Source: a virus | Virus record (IMG/VR): IMGVR_UViG_3300045988_008125 | Coordinates: 1 to 5,923 of that record | Length of the DNA stretch: 5,923 nt | Strand: one strand, 5' to 3' | Part shown: piece by piece, positions 1-5,280 of the stretch | How the letters are laid out: each line of letters starts with the position of its first letter | Numbering within the stretch: the first letter of the stretch is position 1 | Position numbers and translations under genes: made by a program | Notes under the pieces: generated by a model | The model's database searches: none | The model's input: the letters and a program-made list of their open reading frames with translations, nothing else | What the model was told of the DNA's origin: nothing

Positions 1-662
1 ATTTTTTTTGTAACATAGCCTGCAACATATCTATATGTTTCCGGAACGGCTTGTGCGATTTGTATTTGACCCATGCCCCACAATTTTTTCAGCCATTCGC
101 TGGTATAGTATCCGTTGTGGTGGATTTTGTATAGATTTTTTAGGTCTGTTGGTTCCCAACCGTATAGAATCATGTGATAGTGCGGTCTCGCTGTTTGTTC
201 TCCGTACTCACCTGCTACAAAATAGCGTAATTTGCGGTTGTAAGCCTTTCTGAGACGTTTTAAGAACCTTTGAATATCCTCATATAGCAGAATTTGAACG
301 CTGTCTGGGCGCTTCTCTCCAGGCTTCCACGTGTATTGTACTTTTCGCATGATTTCACCTGTTTTTACTATCATGCCTGGTACATGGTCATCATCATAAG
401 TTAGCGTGATAAACCATACTTGTTCTTTTGGGTAATCTCTTGCTTCTAGTTCTATTCGTGTTGTCCAGTCTTCTCGCTGTCTGATTCTGCATCCGATGCA
501 CTGTCCGCATGGTATTAACATAACTTTCGGATTATACATTAAATCTTCATATTTCAACTTTTTCCCGCATAACTGAGAAAAGTGAGCGAGTGAATATACT
601 CGCCCACTTGTTTCTTTGTTTTCCGGGTTGTACAGCCTTATTAATGGCTTGTAACAACTCAT
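1..662 (-). CDS. VP4: Replication initiation protein VP4 (HUH rolling-circle Rep), 5'/N-terminal portion. The CDS crosses the circular junction and continues at 5824..5467 (full length 1020 nt, 339 aa).
   Basis: Reverse-complement translation from the ATG at 660-662 gives [91 protein letters not shown]...[14 protein letters not shown]...[11 protein letters not shown] CxxCxxC cluster (PCGQCIGCR) is present. RC motif I (FITLTY) and motif II HxH ([10 protein letters not shown]) are present. The frame is continuous with the ORF at 5467..5907, which carries motif III ([11 protein letters not shown]). A GGCGGAGGAAG SD precedes the ATG. The ATG overlaps the VP2 stop (ATGA). No stop codon occurs down to position 1. 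Confidence 0.9.
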   Translation of the reverse strand, partial: MSCYKPLIRLYNPENKETSGRVYSLAHFSQLCGKKLKYEDLMYNPKVMLIPCGQCIGCRIRQREDWTTRIELEARDYPKEQVWFITLTYDDDHVPGMIVKTGEIMRKVQYTWKPGEKRPDSVQILLYEDIQRFLKRLRKAYNRKLRYFVAGEYGEQTARPHYHMILYGWEPTDLKNLYKIHHNGYYTSEWLKKLWGMGQIQIAQAVPETYRYVAGYVTKK

Positions 663-1474
663 TTTTTTCTTCCTCCGCCTGTATGGAAGCTTCCTCCGCC
701 CGCTTTAAACGGTACGGTTTTTTCTGTATTTTCCATCTGTTTATAGGTTTTGAGTAGGTCTTCGGTCAGCTGTACCGGACTGCTATAGCCTGAGCTTATT
801 TGGCTGCCCACAGCTTCCGCCAGCTGGTACCACTGTGACTTACTTTCACTTCGGCTGAAATAGCTGTTTGGCACGTTGCCGTTTAGTGCTGATACTCCCA
901 GTGCGCTGGATGCGGGCATTCCCATGCTTGCTCCTGTGATTGTTGCGCCTGAACCTCCCGGTGTGCTTGCGCCACCCTGTGCGTATGCCAAAATCGGGTT
1001 AAGTCCGGCTTTTCGCATGTCTTCTACAGCTCTTTGGTATGCTGTGTTGCTCATACGCTCTTGGAACTGCCGGTTTGCCAGTGCTTCAGCGCTGTTATAA
1101 CTCATGGCGGCGTTTTGTTCGATGTGGTTATAAATGCCCTGCTGGATTGCTCCCAGCGTGTTGTAGCCCATCTGCATGAGCATGTTTTGTCTGTTTGTTT
1201 TGCTTTGGAATGCGTTCTGCCCGCCCTGCCATTGGTAGTATTTGTTGAGGTAGTCCATGATTTGCTTGTCGTTTGTGCCGCCCTCGCTCATGGATTCGCT
1301 TTGTCCTCCGCCTTGACTTTGGCTCATGTTGCTTCCTTGGCTTTGGTTTTCGCTTTTCTGTCCAAAGTAGCTTGATAAACCGTTGCCAATTAATGACATT
1401 CCCGTTGTTACTACTTCTGGATGACTTGCAAGCCATGTGCCAGCGTTTGCAAGCATTGCTCCTAATCCTGCCAT
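659..1474 (-). CDS. VP2: Minor capsid / DNA pilot protein VP2 (271 aa)
   Basis: ORF-track protein [33 protein letters not shown]... The N-terminus is hydrophobic. A Gly/Ser/Gln-rich low-complexity linker follows. The block [44 protein letters not shown] matches the conserved NTAYQRA...AGLNP core of gokushovirus VP2 pilot proteins. The gene sits immediately after VP1 and its stop overlaps the Rep ATG. An AAGGAGGAAG SD lies upstream, separated from the ATG by a hairpin. Confidence 0.8.
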   Translation of the reverse strand: MAGLGAMLANAGTWLASHPEVVTTGMSLIGNGLSSYFGQKSENQSQGSNMSQSQGGGQSESMSEGGTNDKQIMDYLNKYYQWQGGQNAFQSKTNRQNMLMQMGYNTLGAIQQGIYNHIEQNAAMSYNSAEALANRQFQERMSNTAYQRAVEDMRKAGLNPILAYAQGGASTPGGSGATITGASMGMPASSALGVSALNGNVPNSYFSRSESKSQWYQLAEAVGSQISSGYSSPVQLTEDLLKTYKQMENTEKTVPFKAGGGSFHTGGGRKK

Positions 1475-1485
1475 ATTCTAAAATA

Positions 1486-1502
1486 GCCCGCAAACTGCGG
1501 GC
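1486..1502 (-). terminator. Stem-loop in the VP1-VP2 intergenic region: 7-bp stem GCCCGCA/TGCGGGC with a 3-nt loop. On the coding strand it is followed by TATTTTAGAAT and then the VP2 ATG. Possible partial intrinsic terminator or mRNA 3'-stabiliser, and also a spacer between the SD and the VP2 start.
   Basis: The coding strand reads TAA AGAAAGGAGGAAG GCCCGCA GTT TGCGGGC TATTTTAGAAT ATG. The stem is perfect and GC-rich. The downstream T-run has only 4 Ts, so termination would be weak or partial. The SD is about 29 nt from the ATG unless the hairpin forms. Confidence 0.35.
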
Positions 1503-1514
1503 TTCCTCCTTTCT

Positions 1515-3203
1515 TTATAGTTTTTCCAGACCCGGCACGCTGTACAGCGGCATGCACCTAGTTGTTTTGTTCATTACTCGGATCGCTCCAAAGAACTGCG
1601 GCTCGTTCTGAACAATCAACGTTCGTGCAATTTCGGTTTTGCCTTCGTTCATCCACTCTTGGCTGAGCGTTGGAACTTCGCTGTAGTTGTCTGCATAGTG
1701 CCAGAAGTCCAGTGTCCCTGTCGCATTGCTCCGCATTTTACCGCATACCCGGTTCGGCTTCATGCGATAGTCGGCCCATGCCTCTTGGTAGCCGAATGTT
1801 TCATCGTCCGTTGCTGTACCGGTTACCATGATTTCCTTTTTCTTGACAGGCTGTTCGCCCAGATTTGCAAACTGCGGGAAATAGTAGTCCAGTCTGTCGT
1901 TACGGCTCCAGAATCGTTCCAAACCCTGCTGATAGCTGTGATTATGGCGAACGCACATCACGCCGATAATGAATCCGTGCTCTTCAAAGCTCTTTGTGAA
2001 AGAGCTTTCGTTGATAGGTGTTATAGACATTGCACCAGTCTCGCCGATTGGCGTGTCTGTTTCGGTCTGTTGTCCAGAAGTCTGCACAATTTGGTTAATG
2101 TTGACGTGATAGCGGCCGCCGCCCAGATACTCCGGCACCTGTGCGGTTTTGTCGCTAATGCTTACACCAAAAATTGCTCTTACCTGCTCGCGGTATCGGC
2201 TGCCTCCACGTGCTAGTGCTTCGTAATAGTGCTGAACTGCGAATGCTTGACGTAACTGATTGATTGTTGCGGCTTCGATATTGCTTAGGTCTGTTGCCAT
2301 GTATCTTGCGTTAGGCACAAGGCCATTCTGCTCTGTCGAGCCTATTGCTACGGTTGTACTATTTTCATCGACTTGTTCCAGATATGACAATTGTCCAGTC
2401 ATCCAGATTCGCGATGGGTTCGTTGGCCCGTTAATTCCGTTGTCATCGTACATTCTTACCGGTGCGTTTCCTGTTAGTGCGATTGTGACTTCCGGACCAC
2501 GCTGAGGATACGGCAGACAGCTTGAGAAGTAGTCGTGAAAGCGGCTTACTGGCAAGCAATATCCGCCGTTTTGTGCATTTTTAAGGATTGTTTCTTCTTT
2601 TATTACATCTTCGTTTTCGCCGCCTGATGCGTATTCGACGTTTTCGTCTCCTGTGTTTAGTGTTGCTGGGTTTCCTACGTTTTGGTCTCTAAAAAATTCA
2701 TTCCAGATTTTTACATATGCTCTGATTGGTAGCGCATTGATGCTGTATTCTGATTTCGTTTCTTTTTTGATACTTTTTGCTGGAATACCCATATAGTCGA
2801 GGATTGTTCCTTCGTCTGGATAATCTCTGTCCGGGTTTGGCCATACTGATTTATTTCCGATTATGATTTTCGGTACTTGGTATGTTTTTGCCGGCATCCA
2901 CGGTGTATCGTCTGCTTCTCCCATGAAGTGTTTGAAGTTGTCCCACAGAATTCTGTTCGGACAGAAGAAGTAGTAGAAGTCGATGAATGCATCATCGAAA
3001 ACAGGGTATTTCGGTGTCGTCATTCGGATGATTGCCGCTGTGTCAATGCTGAAAGTATCACCCGGAAGAACTTCGTCTACATAGAATGGAATCAGTTTGC
3101 CCGCATTGAAGGTCGTGAGAATGTTTTGGTCTCTTTTGAAGCGTGTTCGGCTTACGTGCGTTTCTGGCACTTGGTTGAAGTGTCTTTCATTATTCCGGTT
3201 CAT
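1515..3203 (-). CDS. VP1: Major capsid protein VP1 (F-like jelly-roll capsid protein), 562 aa. Preferred start is the ATG at 3201-3203; the track ORF extends in frame to 3269.
   Basis: Protein MNRNNERHFNQVPETHVSRTRFKRDQNILTTFNAGKLIPFYVDEVLPGDTFSIDTAAIIRMTTP... shows the characteristic Microviridae VP1 N-terminal motifs (FNAGKLIPF, EVLPGDTF). Its size, about 560 aa, is typical of gokushovirus-like VP1. An AGGAG SD lies 7 nt upstream of the chosen ATG (AGGAGAAAAACAATG). The 22 codons upstream (MQWNCRRCRKRPQTRQRSRRKT) have no SD and overlap the preceding gene. Confidence 0.93.
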   Translation of the reverse strand: MNRNNERHFNQVPETHVSRTRFKRDQNILTTFNAGKLIPFYVDEVLPGDTFSIDTAAIIRMTTPKYPVFDDAFIDFYYFFCPNRILWDNFKHFMGEADDTPWMPAKTYQVPKIIIGNKSVWPNPDRDYPDEGTILDYMGIPAKSIKKETKSEYSINALPIRAYVKIWNEFFRDQNVGNPATLNTGDENVEYASGGENEDVIKEETILKNAQNGGYCLPVSRFHDYFSSCLPYPQRGPEVTIALTGNAPVRMYDDNGINGPTNPSRIWMTGQLSYLEQVDENSTTVAIGSTEQNGLVPNARYMATDLSNIEAATINQLRQAFAVQHYYEALARGGSRYREQVRAIFGVSISDKTAQVPEYLGGGRYHVNINQIVQTSGQQTETDTPIGETGAMSITPINESSFTKSFEEHGFIIGVMCVRHNHSYQQGLERFWSRNDRLDYYFPQFANLGEQPVKKKEIMVTGTATDDETFGYQEAWADYRMKPNRVCGKMRSNATGTLDFWHYADNYSEVPTLSQEWMNEGKTEIARTLIVQNEPQFFGAIRVMNKTTRCMPLYSVPGLEKL

Positions 3204-3585
3204 TGTTTTTCTCCTGCTTCTTTGTCTCGTTTGCGGCCTTTTCCTGCATCTTCTGCAGTTCCATTGCATTGGCCTGTGCCGTTGCTATCATGCTGTGATA
3301 TTCGTGAATGTTGGTCGGCCACTCGGTGATATCTACGATTTCGTCTGTTTTTGCGCTGTCTACCAGACTTTTGGCAAACTCAGGGTCAAAGCTGGCTTTG
3401 CGGACAATGTTTTTAATGTCGCATTCGTCTGCATAGCTTTCAATTTCGGCTTGAATGTCGATTGGCTCGGTCTCAATCAGTTTGTTTTTACCTTTTTCGT
3501 CTTTGCCCCAGACGTATTGTTTACGTAGTTTTTCGCCCGGATTTGTAAAGAAGGGCTTTCGCCCTTCTTCATATCGCTTATTCAT
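3190..3585 (-). CDS. 131-aa acidic protein, candidate internal scaffolding protein (VP3-like) by position and composition
   Basis: The start ATG at 3583-3585 is preceded by GGGAGGG at -8. It overlaps the stop of the upstream 80-aa ORF (ATGAATAA). Its 3' end overlaps the VP1 start by 14 nt. Sequence: MNKRYEEGRKPFFTNPGEKLRKQYVWGKDEKGKNKLIETEPIDIQAEIESYADECDIKNIVRKASFDPEFAKSLVDSAKTDEIVDITEWPTNIHEYHSMIATAQANAMELQKMQEKAANETKKQEKNNEPE. It is acidic and helical, with an ECDI(K/N)NI-type segment that I recall from gokushovirus VP3 scaffold proteins. This assignment is from memory and not certain. The longer track ORF (from 3738) has no SD and lies inside the upstream gene. Confidence 0.6.
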   Translation of the reverse strand: MNKRYEEGRKPFFTNPGEKLRKQYVWGKDEKGKNKLIETEPIDIQAEIESYADECDIKNIVRKASFDPEFAKSLVDSAKTDEIVDITEWPTNIHEYHSMIATAQANAMELQKMQEKAANETKKQEKNNEPE

Positions 3586-3820
3586 GCGGTTTGCCCTCCC
3601 ATACCTTTTCCGGTTCGATGCTGTTGAATTCGCCGGTTTCATCGTTGAAGTTTGCGATGTGGTAGCCTTTGTAGTCTTCGGGCGACTGACCCAGGAACGT
3701 TTTCTCGTCCTTTTCCATGATATTGCACATTCGTGCAAATGTTTCGTTGCTCTTGCTTTCTCCGATGTAGCAGTAGCATTTTGCTACGCTGTCGTAAATC
3801 CCATAATACCCGTGAACCAT
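3578..3820 (-). CDS. 80-aa hypothetical acidic protein
   Basis: ATG at 3818-3820 with AAGGAG 6 nt upstream. Its stop overlaps the start of the VP3-like gene, suggesting translational coupling. Sequence: MVHGYYGIYDSVAKCYCYIGESKSNETFARMCNIMEKDEKTFLGQSPEDYKGYHIANFNDETGEFNSIEPEKVWEGKPHE. No recognisable family. Three Cys residues (C15, C17, C32). Confidence 0.55.
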   Translation of the reverse strand: MVHGYYGIYDSVAKCYCYIGESKSNETFARMCNIMEKDEKTFLGQSPEDYKGYHIANFNDETGEFNSIEPEKVWEGKPHE

Positions 3821-3916
3821 GTTTTTCTCCTTTACAGTCTGATGCCGCCCCGCATGGGTTTCTGGCTGAGGTTGATACTCTTCGTTTTGCTTGCCGTCAC
3901 GTTGAACATTCGTTTG

Positions 3917-4162
3917 TCAGTGCGTACCGGCATCCGCTTTCTGTGCTTCATCTGTGTACTCCCTTCTGAGTAGTTCCATTTCTATGTCATTGGCCCATTT
4001 TTTCATAACCCATATTCGGTCAATGATATTTTTTGCGTCTTCTAAGTTGGATACTTTTTTTATCATTTTGTATCCAGCTTCTATCTGCTTGTATAGCCTT
4101 TCGGCCTCTAGTCTGAGGCTTTCTTCGGTCTGGTCTCGTACATTCCATGTTTTGTGCATCAT
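3917..4162 (-). CDS. 81-aa hypothetical, predicted all-helical protein
   Basis: Tandem ATG ATG at 4157-4162 with AAGGAG 6 nt upstream. Sequence: MMHKTWNVRDQTEESLRLEAERLYKQIEAGYKMIKKVSNLEDAKNIIDRIWVMKKWANDIEMELLRREYTDEAQKADAGTH. No recognisable family. A 96-nt gap follows downstream before the next gene. Confidence 0.55.
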   Translation of the reverse strand: MMHKTWNVRDQTEESLRLEAERLYKQIEAGYKMIKKVSNLEDAKNIIDRIWVMKKWANDIEMELLRREYTDEAQKADAGTH

Positions 4163-4165
4163 GCT

Positions 4166-4270
4166 TTACTCCTTTTCCTTTAGGATGTGATAGATTTGGT
4201 CGAGCTTTTCCAGCACGGTTTTAATCAGCTGAATTGCCTCTCGCAGGTCCTTGACTTTAATCAACGCCAT
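4166..4270 (-). CDS. Possible 34-aa small ORF (MALIKVKDLREAIQLIKTVLEKLDQIYHILKEKE), amphipathic helix. It fills the gap between the lysin and the 81-aa ORF exactly.
   Basis: It is too short to appear in the supplied ORF track. ATG at 4268-4270 lies 3 nt after the peptidase stop (TAA CCC ATG), with AAGGGGGTG upstream. Its last codons contain the SD (AAGGAAAAGGAG) of the next gene. The stop at 4166-4168 lies 3 nt before the next ATG. Gap-free packing is typical of real microvirus genes, but at 34 aa a chance ORF cannot be excluded. Confidence 0.3.
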   Translation of the reverse strand: MALIKVKDLREAIQLIKTVLEKLDQIYHILKEKE

Positions 4271-4273
4271 GGG

Positions 4274-4657
4274 TTACACCCCCTTTCTGTATTGTTCTTC
4301 TCGCACATCAATGTGTGTGAAGTTTGTGTATCTGATTACGCCGCCTTGCTCCATGATTTTATCTGCGTACTTTGCAACTTCTCTACTGCTGTGCCCTTTT
4401 ACTACGATATCTGCTGCCATCCCTTTGCAGTGATAGCTGTTTGGTGCTCCGTTTACTTTGCTGTTCCAGCTTGGTGTACGGTATCCGCTGTTGATGATGA
4501 CCGGTGCGTTGAAGTGGTTTCGGATTTTTTCCAGTATCTCAATCAGTTCTGTTGCGATTAACAGATATTCGCTTTTGTCTTTGCACTGAAATTCTTTTGC
4601 TTTGAAGTGCTCGCTCAGGTTTCCGAATTCTGCTTTTACATAGCTTATGTGTTTCAT
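4274..4657 (-). CDS. Peptidase M15 family (zinc D-Ala-D-Ala carboxypeptidase-like, Peptidase_M15_3 / YcbK-like) cell-wall hydrolase. Probable phage lysis enzyme. 127 aa.
   Basis: Sequence MKHISYVKAEFGNLSEHFKAKEFQCKDKSEYLLIATELIEILEKIRNHFNAPVIINSGYRTPSWNSKVNGAPNSYHCKGMAADIVVKGHSS...YTNFTHIDVREEQ. It carries the family signature SGYR(T/S)P..N..VGG...S.H..G.A.DI and the H...D...H zinc ligands (SYH, AADI, THID). The ATG at 4655-4657 has an AAAGGAAA SD 7 nt upstream. A consensus promoter lies directly upstream. Confidence 0.85.
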   Translation of the reverse strand: MKHISYVKAEFGNLSEHFKAKEFQCKDKSEYLLIATELIEILEKIRNHFNAPVIINSGYRTPSWNSKVNGAPNSYHCKGMAADIVVKGHSSREVAKYADKIMEQGGVIRYTNFTHIDVREEQYRKGV

Positions 4658-4683
4658 GGCGGTTTCCTTTCTCTTCTATTTTG

Positions 4684-4712
4684 ATTATATCAAAGAGAAC
4701 CCTGGTTGTCAA
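4684..4712 (-). promoter_or_regulatory. Promoter P2 (sigma70-type) driving the peptidase M15 gene: -35 TTGACA (4707-4712), 17-nt spacer, extended -10 TGaTATAAT (4684-4692)
   Basis: The coding strand reads GATTGACAACCAGGGTTCTCTTTGATATAATCAAAATAGAAGAGAAAGGAAACCGCCATG. Both hexamers are perfect consensus, the spacing is the optimal 17 nt, and a TG lies at -15/-14. The predicted TSS is about 4677, giving a 5'UTR of about 20 nt with an SD. Confidence 0.6.
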
Positions 4713-4722
4713 TCGGGGTTCT
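4696..4722 (-). other. Stem-loop (7-bp stem AGAACCC/GGGTTCT, 13-nt loop) immediately after the 60-aa ORF stop. The loop contains the P2 -35 hexamer.
   Basis: The coding strand reads TAA ACAC AGAACCC CGATTGACAACCA GGGTTCT CTTTGATATAAT. The stem is perfect and starts 5 nt after the TAA stop. The downstream stretch is only moderately T-rich. It could attenuate read-through from P1 and/or modulate P2 -35 accessibility. Confidence 0.4.
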
Positions 4723-4726
4723 GTGT

Positions 4727-4909
4727 TTATTTATTTTCTGTGAAGTACAGTGCTTTTTCTTCGACTTTATATAGTGTGTATAGTCCCGGGTTCCTGTTTG
4801 CGTATTCTTTCGCTCTTTGCTTTACGTATTTTGGTTCATCGGTTATTTTGAGTACGGTTGTTAAGCTTTCGTCATCGTTAAATTTTCTGAGTTCATATGT
4901 GTGCTTCAT
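4727..4909 (-). CDS. 60-aa hypothetical protein. Start is the ATG at 4907-4909; the track ORF starts 3 codons earlier at a GTG.
   Basis: Sequence MKHTYELRKFNDDESLTTVLKITDEPKYVKQRAKEYANRNPGLYTLYKVEEKALYFTENK. A GGAAGGTG SD lies 6-7 nt upstream of the ATG. It is the first gene downstream of promoter P1. No recognisable family. Confidence 0.5.
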   Translation of the reverse strand: MKHTYELRKFNDDESLTTVLKITDEPKYVKQRAKEYANRNPGLYTLYKVEEKALYFTENK

Positions 4910-4936
4910 TTTTAGCACCTTCCTTTCTTTGATTAT

Positions 4937-4990
4937 ATTTTATCATATTTTTTGTGTTTTGTCAAGCATTTTTTAGAAGAATTTTTCATT
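4937..4990 (-). promoter_or_regulatory. Promoter P1 (sigma70-type) with an AT-rich UP-element-like tract: -35 TTGACA (4960-4965), 17-nt spacer, extended -10 TGaTAAAAT (4937-4945) with an overlapping TATAAT (4932-4937); UP-like tract at 4966-4990
   Basis: The coding strand reads AATGAAAAATTCTTCTAAAAAATGC TTGACA AAACACAAAAAATATGA TAAAAT ATAATCAAAGAAAGGAAGGTGCTAAAAATG. The -35 is a perfect match. The -10 matches 5/6, with a TG extension and a 17-nt spacer. An A/T-rich block lies immediately upstream of the -35. It sits at the downstream end of the long non-coding region, facing the gene cluster. Confidence 0.6.
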
Positions 4991-4992
4991 AT

Positions 4993-5042
4993 GTGGCCGC
5001 TGTTGCGCGCTACGCGGCGCAACTTCCAGCGAAGCGCGGCCG
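4993..5042. other. GC-rich island with nested inverted repeats that could form a multi-branched hairpin or cruciform
   Basis: GTTGCGC (5001-5007) pairs with GCGCAAC (5016-5022). CGCTG (4998-5002) pairs with CAGCG (5026-5030). GGCCGC (4995-5000) pairs with GCGGCC (5035-5040). The local GC content is far above the genome average. It lies directly upstream of the P1 UP element. Confidence 0.5.
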
Positions 5043-5082
5043 TGGCTTTCCCGTTCGATTCCGGACTGCTTCTATTGGCTTT

Positions 5083-5246
5083 TCAACATTTTCAACATAC
5101 TTTTCAACATTTCAACATTGTTAAACTTTAGCACAATAGAGTGTTTCAACAATTCAACAATTTTTCAACAAATCTTTCAACATTGTTTTTGTTTGTTTTT
5201 TTACGCTCCAACGTTTTAAAATTATACTTTTCAACTTTTCAACATA
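5083..5246. repeat. Iteron array: about 10 directly oriented copies of the 8-mer TTCAACAW (coding strand WTGTTGAA) in three clusters
   Basis: Exact copies start at 5083, 5092, 5104 and 5112 (TTCAACAT); at 5146, 5154 and 5165 (TTCAACAA); at 5177 (TTCAACAT); at 5231 (TTCAACT variant); and at 5239 (TTCAACAT). Spacing within clusters is 8-12 bp, about one helical turn. All copies have the same orientation. Degenerate copies occur at 5208-5214 (CCAACG) and 5263-5270 (TACAACAA). A T-rich bent tract (TTGTTTTTGTTTGTTTTTTT, 5185-5203) separates clusters 2 and 3. Confidence 0.8.
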
Positions 5247-5280
5247 CTCTACTACTATTACTACAACAAGTTATATTATA

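Noticed and set aside
35-253. Plus-strand ORFs from the six-frame track (35..253, 876..1100, 1034..1375, 1273..1611, 1659..2216, 2260..2505, 2877..3329, 3097..3528, 3455..3973, 3733..3969, 3954..4190, 4187..4561, 4251..4433, 4647..4976, 5649..5837)
   Set aside because: All lie antisense to well-supported minus-strand genes (Rep, VP2, VP1, VP3-like, lysin, small ORFs). Their products are Phe/Ser/Leu/Cys-rich low-complexity sequences, typical of antisense translation of Lys/Glu/Asn-rich coding DNA. None has a convincing SD. Microviridae encode all genes on one strand.
3204-3269. In-frame upstream ATG (3267-3269) that would add a 22-aa arginine-rich extension (MQWNCRRCRKRPQTRQRSRRKT) to VP1
   Set aside because: No SD precedes it. 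It lies inside the VP3-like gene in another frame. The downstream ATG at 3201-3203 has a perfect AGGAG SD and yields a canonical VP1 N-terminus. The basic run is the frame-shifted image of the K/Q/E-rich VP3-like C-terminus.
3586-3738. Longer 182-aa version of the VP3-like ORF starting at 3738
   Set aside because: The extension has no SD and lies entirely within the 80-aa ORF in another frame. The internal ATG at 3583-3585 has a GGGAGGG SD and ATGAATAA stop-start coupling with the upstream gene.
5048-5066. tRNA-like T-arm (GTTCGATTCC) in the GC-rich island. Possible tRNA gene or tRNA-like att site.
   Set aside because: The T-stem has a C-C mismatch. No complementary acceptor 5' strand (GAAGCAG) exists at the right distance. 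No D-arm or anticodon arm can be drawn. This is an isolated motif only.
4990-5139. 49-aa plus-strand ORF (MWPLLRATRRNFQRSAAVAFPFDSGLLLLAFQHFQHTFQHFNIVKL) running through the GC island and the first iteron cluster
   Set aside because: It is on the non-coding strand of a single-strand-coded virus and has no SD. Its repetitive FQH units are simply the translated iterons. Most likely a chance open frame in repeat DNA.
5083-5246. Considered whether the short direct repeats could be a CRISPR array, or a stack of -35-like hexamers (coding strand TTGAAA)
   Set aside because: Repeats are only 8 bp with 0-4-bp irregular spacers, so there is no CRISPR repeat-spacer architecture. None of the TTGAAA copies has a -10-like hexamer 16-18 nt downstream.
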